Below are positions 29,237 through 38,608 of a DNA stretch of 64,000 nucleotides, one piece after another (within the stretch, counting starts at the first letter, position 1; every line of letters begins with the position of its first letter). The notes below the pieces were generated by a model, which was not told the DNA's origin, ran no database searches, and saw only the letters and a program-made list of their open reading frames with translations. Source of the DNA: Myxococcota bacterium (lineage in GTDB: Bacteria; Myxococcota_A; SURF-8); NCBI GenBank assembly GCA_963674735.2, contig CAXXQS010000002.1, positions 896,001-960,000 on the forward strand, written 5' to 3'. The translations under genes were made by a program, and so were the position numbers.

Positions 29237-30394
29237 TTATTCCGTAACCATGAAGGTTCCCTTCACAATCGGTTCGGGACCGCAGCTTATTTCAAGCTGG
29301 TAGGTTCCCTCCTGCGTCGGAGTATAGGAATGGGTGTAAAGATCGTGGGCGGGGGTCCACTGGAAAGATTCCTCGCGCAACTTTTCCCGCTCGGCTCCCT
29401 TATCTCGGTAGATACGATCATAGAGATGATCTTCACTGCAGTCGATGTCGCGCAACAGGTAATGAATCTTGGTATTGACGTCGAAGACCTCGCCGGGATC
29501 CAGAATGGCCCACCCATCTTCTTCACTCAAACCCGTCCCAAACTCGACCTGCTGCCCTTCCGGTTCCAGAAACTGCTCTTTGAAATCATCGTAGTAATAG
29601 CCGGCAAACAAGGCTGTCAGAATGATGCGCACCACGATGTTTCCCATAAATCCTTTGCGCGGCGATAGCCATAGCAGGATGATGCCCGCCGGGGGGAACA
29701 TCGCCAAAGCCAGAATAATGATCCAGGGAGACGCCCAAACCGGGGGAGATTGCCGGGTACCCGGAACCGGAGCCGACTCTCGCGGCGAACGCGACTCGGA
29801 ACGAAAATCGTTCGGATAGGGTTGTTCGGCTTGAGGTTGCGACGGAAAGCGTTCCTGCCGCTGGGCGGCTTCACGCTCTTCTATTCGTTGCTGAAGGATT
29901 TCAAGAATGTTCTGCGGGTGAGGATCAGGCACGATCTCGCGAGGTTCCGGAAGCGGTTTTTTCTTTTTTCTTTCGTAAGCCGCCTCTTTACGTCGTATTT
30001 CCCGAAGCACCATTTCGCTGTCCAGCTTGTGCATCAGCTTGCGAAACACTTCGTAGTCGTCCCACCCCAGAACATTGTCAGCGTAGTATCGTTTCGCTCG
30101 GCGCAGATAGGTTTTCAAAGCTTTGAATTCAGCATCGCTAAAGTCTTCGGGCGACCGGGCGGTCATCAGCTTGATTTTCGCATCCAGTTCATCACGGGGA
30201 TCCACACTTTCCTGCCCGTTCTCCCCGGCAGAGTCATCGTGAACATCAAGGACTTCATCCAGCGCCATACAACGGCCGGACTCGACCTCCGTAACATCCG
30301 CATCCGAAGTGATTCTCCCGCTTCGCCGCCATTTGGCGAGCTGCTCCAACGACTCCACGTCTTGTGTGCGGCCGTTCACCACCACTCGGTACAT
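29237..30394 (-). CDS. Hypothetical membrane protein (GYF-like N-terminus, two TM, C-terminal beta domain)
   Basis: AGGAG RBS; SLEQLAKWRRSGRI..DADV; TM WIIILALAMFPPAGIILLWL. Confidence 0.6.
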   Translation of the reverse strand: MYRVVVNGRTQDVESLEQLAKWRRSGRITSDADVTEVESGRCMALDEVLDVHDDSAGENGQESVDPRDELDAKIKLMTARSPEDFSDAEFKALKTYLRRAKRYYADNVLGWDDYEVFRKLMHKLDSEMVLREIRRKEAAYERKKKKPLPEPREIVPDPHPQNILEILQQRIEEREAAQRQERFPSQPQAEQPYPNDFRSESRSPRESAPVPGTRQSPPVWASPWIIILALAMFPPAGIILLWLSPRKGFMGNIVVRIILTALFAGYYYDDFKEQFLEPEGQQVEFGTGLSEEDGWAILDPGEVFDVNTKIHYLLRDIDCSEDHLYDRIYRDKGAEREKLREESFQWTPAHDLYTHSYTPTQEGTYQLEISCGPEPIVKGTFMVTE

Positions 30395-30552
30395 GCTGAT
30401 TCTCCTTCACGTACGCAGGATGAAGACCACCCCGCCCGCTATGCTTTTGAACATTCAAAGCACCCACGAGCATACCACAGCACAGGTGATTGCGTCTTCT
30501 TTTCATGTTAGACTGTATCATACCCTGTGACGATTCCAGAAAGGATGGCTTC

Positions 30553-31128
30553 ATGTCGGATACTTGGCGTTTGTTTATCGCGATCGGCCTCTCTCCCGAG
30601 CTGCATCAACGCTTGTTGCCGCTACGCGAAGCCCTGGTCACGGCGCGTGAGCGGCAGGGTGGAGGACTCTCCATCCCGCCTTTGGCCAACCTGCATCTCA
30701 CCCTGCAGTTTCTGGGCGATACCCCGGCCAGCCTGGTCCCCGTTATCGATCGGCACCTGAATCTCGCCCTGAGCGGCTGCGCGGCTTTTACCGTTCCCGT
30801 GCGCGGCGTGGGCGCTTTCCCGCAACTGAACCGCCCGCGCATAATATGGGCGGGCCTGTCTTCGAGCGAGAAGCTGACCTCGTTGCACCGGCATGTCATC
30901 GACGGCCTCGACGGCCTTCCGTTACGACTCGACCGCAAACCCTTCAAACCTCACCTCACCCTCGCACGAGTCAAACAAACACACGGACACCACATCCAAG
31001 ACGCGCTGAAACCCTATCTTTCTGAAGACTTTGGAGTTCTGAAAGTCGAATCGGTCCGTTTGTATCGATCGGAATTGCATCAATCCGGAGCTGTTTACAC
31101 GCCTCTGGCGACCTGGCGGCTCGAATAA
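30553..31128 (+). CDS. thpR: RNA 2',3'-cyclic phosphodiesterase (2H phosphoesterase)
   Basis: RLFIAI, LHLTLQFLG, GAFP..RPRIIWAG, FKPHLTLAR, LYRSEL...Y. Confidence 0.95.
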   Translation: MSDTWRLFIAIGLSPELHQRLLPLREALVTARERQGGGLSIPPLANLHLTLQFLGDTPASLVPVIDRHLNLALSGCAAFTVPVRGVGAFPQLNRPRIIWAGLSSSEKLTSLHRHVIDGLDGLPLRLDRKPFKPHLTLARVKQTHGHHIQDALKPYLSEDFGVLKVESVRLYRSELHQSGAVYTPLATWRLE

Positions 31129-31202
31129 CGAGGCGGCAAAGCTTGAGTCGACCGGTGAAAACCGATACAATCTCGATTGTATCCCTTATTACGGAGACCG
31201 CG

Positions 31203-32186
31203 ATGCGCCACACGTTCCCTCTGTCAATCGTGCTATTAAGTATCTGGATTTGTTGGAGCAATCCCCTTCAAGCCGAGACGGAACTGGCGGGCCTGTGGGG
31301 CGGCAAATATGGAGACATGCAGGTGACGGTCGACGGGACGGCCGTCACCGGAACTCTGGTCAACACCTCGAAATTTTGTCCTTTCGAGAATGGCCGAACG
31401 CTTTTCAAAGGCACGCGCAAAGGCGATCTTCTGACGGGTCAGTTCCTCATGTGCCAGGCGGACGACGACTGCGGCCCGCCGGTATGGGCGCAGGCTTTGT
31501 TGCTGATCGGCAAGAACGCGACGGTACTCAGCGGCAGCGCAACCGCCAAGGCGACCTGCCCGCTGGTGGGCTTCTCCAAATCGGAAAACGGCGAAAAAGG
31601 CTTGTATTTCAAACGGCTGCAACAAAAAAAACTCGAACCATCCAACCCGAAAATGTCCAGCGCTTCCAACAAAGCTCCTTCCGTCCAAGAGCCTGAAAAA
31701 GTGAAACCGAAAGCCAAACCGGCTCCGTTGTTACCCGGTCCGCCCGCTCCCCCCGGCACCTACGACCCGCGGGCGGCCATCAAAGCCAGCGATTCAATCA
31801 CGCAACTTCTGTTCAAAGGCAAACAGGCCTTGGTGGCGGGGCGTTTCGAAGCTGCCCGGCAAGCATTCGAAAAAATACTGAAAAAAGATCCCGGGCACCC
31901 GGCCGCCCTGGTGGGGACGGGCGTCAGCCACTACGGTCGTAACGAACGCGATGTCGCCATGACCTATTACAAACAGGCGCTATCCGAGGATCCCAACTTC
32001 GGCATGGCCTACTATAATCTGGCCTGCCTGTATGCCCTGGCGAAAGACCCGGAAACCGCGATGGAGTACTTGAAAATCGCGTACTTGAACGGGTTTGTCG
32101 AACCCGCCGCCATGCTGGAAGATCCCGATCTGGCCATGCTGCGCGATCGCCCCGATTTCAAAGCCTTGGTGCAATCGGATTATTGA
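31203..32186 (+). CDS. Secreted TPR-repeat protein
   Basis: Signal peptide, beta-rich N-domain, Pro/Lys linker, TPRs ending YYNLACLYAL...DPDL..LR; GGAG RBS. Confidence 0.8.
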   Translation: MRHTFPLSIVLLSIWICWSNPLQAETELAGLWGGKYGDMQVTVDGTAVTGTLVNTSKFCPFENGRTLFKGTRKGDLLTGQFLMCQADDDCGPPVWAQALLLIGKNATVLSGSATAKATCPLVGFSKSENGEKGLYFKRLQQKKLEPSNPKMSSASNKAPSVQEPEKVKPKAKPAPLLPGPPAPPGTYDPRAAIKASDSITQLLFKGKQALVAGRFEAARQAFEKILKKDPGHPAALVGTGVSHYGRNERDVAMTYYKQALSEDPNFGMAYYNLACLYALAKDPETAMEYLKIAYLNGFVEPAAMLEDPDLAMLRDRPDFKALVQSDY

Positions 32187-32323
32187 TTGAAACAGGGACG
32201 CGCCAGGTGCGTTCGGTTGTCACCAACCCGCGAATTCACAGGCGCGAAGCCTTGAACGTCTGCGATATTTTATGATAAAATGGCCCGGCACGTTTACGGA
32301 TCGAGTGATCAGGAGTACATGTC

Positions 32324-32662
32324 ATGACAAAACGGGGTTGGATCGGGTGGAACCTGCTGGTTTGTTTTGGCCTTTTAACGGCTTGCGGATCCGATAGCGG
32401 CGACGCCGGGGCTCTGATCGACCAATGCCTGCTTTATTGCGATCAACAGGCCGAGTGCTATTCATCCGGACTATTCGACGAAGACGACCTCGCCGCCTGC
32501 CAAAATGCCTGTGAAGAAGAGCGCTTCGATGAACCCGACCTGAATCTCAGCCAGGCACTCATCAACTGCGCCAAGTACGGATCCTGTACTCAATTCACTA
32601 GTTGTGTCGCCCAGGGCGGTTCGACCAGCGACGACGAATATGGGGGATTCAGTAACTTGTAA
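32324..32662 (+). CDS. Small Cys-rich lipoprotein
   Basis: AGGAG RBS, lipobox LTAC, CxxxCxxxxxC...CxxxC...C..C..C. Confidence 0.75.
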   Translation: MTKRGWIGWNLLVCFGLLTACGSDSGDAGALIDQCLLYCDQQAECYSSGLFDEDDLAACQNACEEERFDEPDLNLSQALINCAKYGSCTQFTSCVAQGGSTSDDEYGGFSNL

Positions 32663-32681
32663 GGGCCTGCCGATTCTCCAT

Positions 32682-32716
32682 AAAAAAAATCGAGCCGATG
32701 AAAACACCGGCTCGAA
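32682..32716. terminator. Terminator between convergent genes
   Basis: A-tract followed by TCGAGCCG...CGGCTCGA hairpin. Confidence 0.7.
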
Positions 32717-32738
32717 ATCGTTCTCGATTCTATCCGTT

Positions 32739-33050
32739 TTATTCGCCGGTTACGACCGTGCAATAACGGGCATAAACCAGCACATTGAAGGTTTCGAAGT
32801 CGACCGTCGCGACCTTTTTGATTTTTCCGTCTTCTTTGGCCTTCTCAATGGACGCATCGCCCCAGGAGGCCACCATCATGACGGATTGAGCACAGGATTT
32901 GCCCGTTTTCTTCGATTTCACGGCACTATCCGTGGACAGTCCGCCTTTGACATCACCGTAAACGGCCGAGGGCAGCGGTGTAACGAACGCACAACCGGTC
33001 ATCGACAACAAAAACAGGCAAGCAACAGCCAAACACACGAATCTTTTCAT
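32739..33050 (-). CDS. TRL-like family lipoprotein
   Basis: Lipobox MTGC; KTGKSCA...WGDASIEKA...GKIKKVATVD...YCTVVTGE; GGAGG RBS. Confidence 0.85.
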   Translation of the reverse strand: MKRFVCLAVACLFLLSMTGCAFVTPLPSAVYGDVKGGLSTDSAVKSKKTGKSCAQSVMMVASWGDASIEKAKEDGKIKKVATVDFETFNVLVYARYCTVVTGE

Positions 33051-33222
33051 GGCATCCTCCCTACAACGGAAATTTTGTTTATTGGGCGTCCTTCCCGAGA
33101 TAGCCCGATGGCATGGTTCTATGCCAAGTCGGCAGGGAAGTCAAGCCACGGAGGGAGAAAAGCTTGGCGCCGGTCTTCGTTTTAACGAGGCCGAAACGAG
33201 GGTCCGTCTCCTTGGCTATAAC

Positions 33223-33252
33223 AAAAGGGGGCGAACTCACCAGTCCGCCCCC
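33223..33252 (-). terminator. Intrinsic terminator of the ior operon
   Basis: GGGGCG...CGCCCCC hairpin followed by TTTT on the minus strand. Confidence 0.65.
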
Positions 33253-33293
33253 TGATAAACCGATCAATGATTACAATCGCAAATGCACCCATC

Positions 33294-33875
33294 TCACGCG
33301 AGGCTGTAGCCGCGTGCAAAGGCCTTCATATTGACGTCCATCACCTTCGGCGGCAGACGCTTTTTCAACGCGTCGATCCAGGCTTCTTCGGGGAAATTGA
33401 GCGTTTTCGCCATCAATCCCAACAGAATCACATTGACGACCCGCACGTTGCCCAGTTCCTCGGCGATATGCCGCGCAGGCACGAGATACAGACGCTTGAA
33501 CTGTTTGGCCAGCTCTTTTTCCACATTGGCGGGGTAGGTCTGCAGTCCGGTGGCGCTGGTCAGCGAATGAATCTGCTGGCTATTCACGATGGCAATGGTT
33601 TTCTTGTTACAGAAGGGCAGCCAGCGCAGGGCTTCCAGTTTTTCGAAGGCCAGCAGAATGTCCACTTCACCTTTAGCGATCACCGGGGAATGCACCTCCT
33701 CGCCGTATCGCACCTGTGAGTTGACGCTGCCGCCCCGCTGGGCCATGCCATGCACTTCGCTCTTTTTCACATCGAATCCGGCGTTCAAAGCCACCTTGGC
33801 CAGGATTTCACCTGCCAGAATGATGCCCTGACCGCCGACGCCGACAACCAGCACGTTGGTGATACCGTTGATCAT
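33294..33875 (-). CDS. iorB: Indolepyruvate:ferredoxin oxidoreductase beta subunit
   Basis: VGVGGQG, SEVHGMAQRGGSV, EKLEALR, NVILLG; ATGA coupling with iorA. Confidence 0.95.
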   Translation of the reverse strand: MINGITNVLVVGVGGQGIILAGEILAKVALNAGFDVKKSEVHGMAQRGGSVNSQVRYGEEVHSPVIAKGEVDILLAFEKLEALRWLPFCNKKTIAIVNSQQIHSLTSATGLQTYPANVEKELAKQFKRLYLVPARHIAEELGNVRVVNVILLGLMAKTLNFPEEAWIDALKKRLPPKVMDVNMKAFARGYSLA

Positions 33876-35746
33876 CCCCGACCTCCTTTCCCGCTCGTCG
33901 ATTTCTTGGCCGCGCCTTTCGCTTTGGCGGCCACTTTTTTGCGAGCGGCGGCTTGGCGGGCGGCGCGCTTGGCCTTCACCTTTTTGGCGACAAGCCGGTG
34001 CTCTTCTTCCTGGTCGGTGCGATAAATGGCATCGAAGCGGCAAACCTGCGAACACAGGCTGCAACCGACACACATATCCTCCACGATCGACGACTTGCGC
34101 GTAGCTTTATCGAAAACGATGGCCGGACAACCCAACCGCACACAGCTCATACAGCCGGTACACAGATCGTCATCGATGCTATACGGAATCTCCCGGTAAC
34201 GCGCCCACTCGATGCATTTGCGACGACTGATCACCACCGAGGGCTCGTCATACTCCCAATGCTTCTCTAAAACCTCTCGTATTTCCGATAGGTTCCACGG
34301 ATCCACCACATCCAGTTTCCGAATGCCGCAAGCCGAAACCAGTTTTTCCAAGTCAAGTTGCGCCGTCGGCTCACCGGTAAGGTTTTTGCCCGTATTCGGG
34401 TTGTTCTGATGACCGGTCATGGCGGTCACGCGATTATCGAGGATGATGGTCACAAACGGAGATCGATTGTGTACGGCGTCGATGAGTCCCGTGATACCGG
34501 AATGCATAAAGGTCGAATCGCCGATGGTGCAGGCCATGCGCCGCGATTCCCCCCGCCGGGCCTTCATCATGCCTTGCGCAGCCGAGATGGACGCACCCAT
34601 GCAAATGCAGGTATCCATCGCGGATAAGGGCGGCAAGGCCGCGAGGGTGTAGCAACCGATATCACCGAAGACCGTGGCGCCTTCCGCTTTCAAGGCCGCA
34701 AACATACCCCGGTGCGAGCAGCCCGCGCACAACGCCGGAGGCCGGGCAGGAATTTCGACGTCGGTGGTGAGACCTTTCTTCGGACGTTTGCCGAAGGCCT
34801 CGCGCACCCGGTCGATGCTCAGCTCGCCGGTCAAACCGGTTTGAGCCTTGCCCTTGTGCACGGTAATCCCTGCGGCTTTCAACTCGTTTTCGAGAATGGG
34901 GTCGCCCTCTTCCACCACGTAGAGTTTTTCCACTTTTTTGGCGAAGCTTTTCGCCAGATCGGTGTTGAGCGGGTAGCTCTGACCGTATTTCAGCACCCAG
35001 GCATCGGGAAAGACCTCTTTGACATACTGATAGACCACCCCCGAGGTAACGATGCCGATTTTCGCATCTTTACCCTTCTCGATGCGGTTCAAAGGGCTGG
35101 TGCGTCCCGCCTTGCGCAGCTTCTCCACGCGCGCCTCCACGAGGGGATGACGCTTGCGTGCATTGACCGGCAGCATGACGTTCTTTTCGAAATCACGCTT
35201 GTATTCAGGCAGTTTACGCTCGGTTCGTTCACCCAGTTCGACCACACCCTGGGCGTGACAGATACGTGTCGTCACCCGCAGCAAAACCGGAGTGTCGTAT
35301 TCTTCGGACAGGGTAAAAGCCGCCTTGACGAACTCCAGCGCCTCCGCCGAACTCGACGGTTCGAGCATCGGCGTTTTGGATGCGCGCGCATAATGGCGGT
35401 TGTCCTGCTCGTTTTGGGAACTGTGCATTTCGGGGTCGTCGGCCGTGATGATCACCAGACCGCCGTTCACCCCGATATAGCTCATGGTAAAGAGCGGATC
35501 GGCCGCCACGTTGAGTCCCACGTGTTTCATGGCACACAGCGTTCGCGCGCCACCGATCGACGCACCGGCCGCTACTTCCAAAGCCACTTTTTCGTTGATC
35601 GACCATTGGGCGTTCACTTCCGGATAACGCCCGCAGTTCATCATGATTTCGGTGCTCGGCGTGCCGGGATAGGCCACCGATACCGTGACGCCCGCTTCAA
35701 AGGCCGCCCGTGCAATAGCTTCGTTGCCGGACAGAACCGCTTTCAT
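33872..35746 (-). CDS. iorA: Indolepyruvate:ferredoxin oxidoreductase alpha subunit
   Basis: GNEAIAR, AYPGTPSTEI, MKHVGLNVAAD, HSSQNEQD, RPPALCAGC, GDSTF.HSG, two 4Fe-4S motifs; start MKAVL. Confidence 0.95.
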   Translation of the reverse strand: MKAVLSGNEAIARAAFEAGVTVSVAYPGTPSTEIMMNCGRYPEVNAQWSINEKVALEVAAGASIGGARTLCAMKHVGLNVAADPLFTMSYIGVNGGLVIITADDPEMHSSQNEQDNRHYARASKTPMLEPSSSAEALEFVKAAFTLSEEYDTPVLLRVTTRICHAQGVVELGERTERKLPEYKRDFEKNVMLPVNARKRHPLVEARVEKLRKAGRTSPLNRIEKGKDAKIGIVTSGVVYQYVKEVFPDAWVLKYGQSYPLNTDLAKSFAKKVEKLYVVEEGDPILENELKAAGITVHKGKAQTGLTGELSIDRVREAFGKRPKKGLTTDVEIPARPPALCAGCSHRGMFAALKAEGATVFGDIGCYTLAALPPLSAMDTCICMGASISAAQGMMKARRGESRRMACTIGDSTFMHSGITGLIDAVHNRSPFVTIILDNRVTAMTGHQNNPNTGKNLTGEPTAQLDLEKLVSACGIRKLDVVDPWNLSEIREVLEKHWEYDEPSVVISRRKCIEWARYREIPYSIDDDLCTGCMSCVRLGCPAIVFDKATRKSSIVEDMCVGCSLCSQVCRFDAIYRTDQEEEHRLVAKKVKAKRAARQAAARKKVAAKAKGAAKKSTSGKGGRG

Positions 35747-36849
35747 TCGGAGCCTCCTTTCAACCAGGATTTCCGTATTGAATCGTAGCTCAGGGCTTCT
35801 TCTTCGCCGCGTAAAACACGTAATGCGCCCACGGCCAGCGCCTCCATTTCCATTTCTCCGGGCAAGACTTCCGTCGGCGCGATAAAGTCGGTGTAAGCCG
35901 TGATGGCCGCCACGAAACGCGCCGAGCGGGCCAGTCCGCCGGTGAGCACGATCCGTTCCGGACCGCCGCAGACCACCGCCATCGCCCCGATTTCCTTGGC
36001 GACCTGATAAGCCATGGCTCGCCACACCCGATCCGCGTCGGCATCCCCGCCATCCATGCGCCGTTCCACCTCGCGCAGATCGGCAGTCCCCAGGTAATCC
36101 AGCAGACCGCCTTCCTTGGTGAGTCGCCGTTTGAGTGCCGCCTCGCTCTCCCCTTCTGCAAAGCAGAGCTTGACCAGCCCCGTCGCCGGAACGCCGCCCG
36201 CCCGCGTCGGCGCGAAGGGCCCCATATCGTTGGCGTTGTTCACATCGATGCAACGCCCTCCGACTTGTGCGGAAATGCTGATGCCCGAACCCAGGTGACC
36301 CACCACCAACCGCGCATTTGCGTAATCGATTCCGGCAGATACGCAGGCTTCCCGTGCGGCGTAGCGACTGTTGAGCGCATGCCACAGCGAATGCCGGGGA
36401 AGATCTTTAAGCCCCGACAGGCGCGCCACGTCGGCCAATTCATCCACCGACACCGGATCGACGATAAAGGCCGGTTTGTCCAGCGCCGCCGTCAATTTCC
36501 GCGCCAGCAGACAGCCTAACAAACTGGGGTGATCGGTCAACACCCGTCCCGCCCGCACATCGGCGGTCATGGCGCCGTCCACGGCATAAGTTCCCGCCGG
36601 CATCGGCCCCAGCGGACCGCCACGGCCGACGGCCGCATCCAGTTCGTGGATATCCACGTTCCAGCGGTGCAAGACCTCGCCCACGGCGTACAGACGATAT
36701 TTAAGCTGATCCACGGAGTGGCCGAACATGCTCAGATCGGCCGGATCGTGTTCGATGGTTTCGAGATGACACTCACGCTCGCCTTCAAAATAGGCAAGTT
36801 TCGTCGTGGTCCCCCCCGGATTCAGAACCAGCAGTTTTTCGTTTGCCAT
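35743..36849 (-). CDS. buk: Butyrate kinase
   Basis: LVLNPGGTTTK, GRGG, DPVSVDE, HALN, HLGSGIS, LTGGLA, PGEMEMEAL. Confidence 0.95.
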   Translation of the reverse strand: MANEKLLVLNPGGTTTKLAYFEGERECHLETIEHDPADLSMFGHSVDQLKYRLYAVGEVLHRWNVDIHELDAAVGRGGPLGPMPAGTYAVDGAMTADVRAGRVLTDHPSLLGCLLARKLTAALDKPAFIVDPVSVDELADVARLSGLKDLPRHSLWHALNSRYAAREACVSAGIDYANARLVVGHLGSGISISAQVGGRCIDVNNANDMGPFAPTRAGGVPATGLVKLCFAEGESEAALKRRLTKEGGLLDYLGTADLREVERRMDGGDADADRVWRAMAYQVAKEIGAMAVVCGGPERIVLTGGLARSARFVAAITAYTDFIAPTEVLPGEMEMEALAVGALRVLRGEEEALSYDSIRKSWLKGGSE

Positions 36850-36851
36850 AC

Positions 36852-37754
36852 TTACTTTCTGGGTAACATCGCGATTCCGGTCGCCATGGAACACAGGCGC
36901 GTGCGCGGAGAATCGCCGCGCGAAAGCGCCACGATGGGCACATTCGCGCCCACTACGATCCCGGCCGCCTGCCCGCCTTGGACCACCAACGCTTTGGTGC
37001 TGGCGTTGCAGGCCGTGATGTTGGGTGCCACGATGGCATCCACATCGGCGGACACTTGGCTGTCGATACCCTTGATTTCCTTGGCTTCGCGGCTCAAACA
37101 CAGATCCATGGCCAGGGGGCCTTCCACCAGCGCATGCCCGAATTCACCGGCTTTGGCCATTTCGCTGATTTTACCCCAATCGCTCGTTTCCGGATCACGC
37201 GGATTGACTTTTTCCACGTAAGATAAAAGACCGATTTTCGGTTGCTCGTAGCCTAAGTTATGGAAAGCACGCACGGTGTTGCGCACCAGTTCAACTTTCT
37301 GTTCGAAGCTCGGGGCGAGTGTCAGGCCGCCATCGGTGGTGCCGAACAACTTCGGATAGGCGGCAATCTGCACGAAGGCGATGTGCGACAGGATGCCATG
37401 GCGTTCCAAGCCACGGTCGTGGTCGAGCACGGCCGAAAACAGCGTGCCCGTATGCATGTGCCCCTTCATCAATAAATCGGCATCCCCGCGTTTTACCGCT
37501 TCGATCGCCATGAACGAACAGGCTTTGTCATCGCCGTCACAATTTTCGATCCGCCAATCGGGAAGTCCGCCCTCATCAAGCAAAGCCCGGATTTTGGCTG
37601 CGTCACCGAACAAGACCGGCTCGACCAGCTCTTCCTGATAGGCCAAAAGCACCCCTTCGAGCACCAGCGGATCTTCCGCCCGGGCGATGGCGATGCGGCG
37701 ACGTCCGCCGATTTTGGCCACGCCGATCATTTCGTCGAAATTTCTGAAGATCAT
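36852..37754 (-). CDS. ptb: Phosphate butyryl/acyltransferase
   Basis: ADLLMKG, LSH, TDGG, EGPLAMD, GANVPIVALSRGDS; adjacent to buk. Confidence 0.9.
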   Translation of the reverse strand: MIFRNFDEMIGVAKIGGRRRIAIARAEDPLVLEGVLLAYQEELVEPVLFGDAAKIRALLDEGGLPDWRIENCDGDDKACSFMAIEAVKRGDADLLMKGHMHTGTLFSAVLDHDRGLERHGILSHIAFVQIAAYPKLFGTTDGGLTLAPSFEQKVELVRNTVRAFHNLGYEQPKIGLLSYVEKVNPRDPETSDWGKISEMAKAGEFGHALVEGPLAMDLCLSREAKEIKGIDSQVSADVDAIVAPNITACNASTKALVVQGGQAAGIVVGANVPIVALSRGDSPRTRLCSMATGIAMLPRK

Positions 37755-37839
37755 ATGCTTCTCCGTTGCGCCGACCGCACCTGTCGGCTACGCGTTCACC
37801 GGTGCGTCTCGATTTCGGCCGATCCGGCCTTTGGGAGTT

Positions 37840-38607
37840 TTAAATGTAATAGCGCTCTCGGTCAACTTCTTCGCGCAAAATTCTCAATTCGGTATCGCTG
37901 GGCGGCTCGTTGGCGGCCAGTTCCGCCGGGATGATCAGCTCGAAACCGGTGGCTTCCACCACCTGCTCGACACTCACGCCGGGATTGAGCGCCACCAGCC
38001 GCATGCGCCGGGTGTCCTCGTCGAAATCCATCGTGCACAGGTTGGTCACGACCCGATAAGGACCGGTGCCCTTGGGCAGTCCGGCCTTCTCGCGTGCACC
38101 GGGTCCATCGAGGTAACCGGGAGTCGTGAGAAAGTCGATTTTCGGGACGAAGCTGCGGGCGGAATGGCGCATGATGATGATGGTACGCCAGCATAGCGAG
38201 CCCACATCGTTGCCGCCGCCCGAACCGGGCAAACGCACCTTGGGGTGGTCGTGTTCGCCAATCACCGTGGTGTTCAAATTGCCGTAAGGATCGATCTGGG
38301 CCGCGCCCAAAAAGCCGTATTCGATGAATCCGCGCTGGGCGGCTTCCATGATGTCGCAGATCCCGGCTGCATACAATCCTTTGTTGTAGGTACGCATGTC
38401 GCCCACCGCCAGAGGCAGCTTTTCGAGCACCGCACCGGTCCCGCCGAATTCAAAGACGGCCATGAGGTTGGGGGCATGCTGTTTTTGGGCCAGCGCCGCC
38501 GCCAGCATGGGAACGCCCGTGCCGATAAAGGCGGTGGAGTTATCGCTCATCAGGCGACTGGCCAGCGAGATCATCAATTCGGTTCCGTTATAACGCGCTT
38601 CCGCCAT
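37840..38607 (-). CDS. gctB: Family I CoA-transferase beta subunit (glutaconate CoA-transferase B-like)
   Basis: GTGVP, catalytic-region VFEFG, GFLGAAQIDPYGNLN, RLPGSGGGND, DFLTTPG. Confidence 0.85.
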   Translation of the reverse strand: MAEARYNGTELMISLASRLMSDNSTAFIGTGVPMLAAALAQKQHAPNLMAVFEFGGTGAVLEKLPLAVGDMRTYNKGLYAAGICDIMEAAQRGFIEYGFLGAAQIDPYGNLNTTVIGEHDHPKVRLPGSGGGNDVGSLCWRTIIIMRHSARSFVPKIDFLTTPGYLDGPGAREKAGLPKGTGPYRVVTNLCTMDFDEDTRRMRLVALNPGVSVEQVVEATGFELIIPAELAANEPPSDTELRILREEVDRERYYI

Positions 38608-38608
38608 C

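Noticed and set aside
33109-33128. TGGCAT...TGC possible sigma54 box before the TRL gene
   Set aside because: GG-GC spacing is 11, not 10, on both strands; it is just a palindrome.
33181-33215. Hammerhead-like GAG-GCC-GAAAC
   Set aside because: Lacks the CUGANGA core and supporting stems.
33875-37101. N-terminal extensions of iorB, iorA and buk in the ORF track
   Set aside because: They overlap upstream genes; downstream starts with RBS/ATGA coupling fit the families, so these are not fusions.
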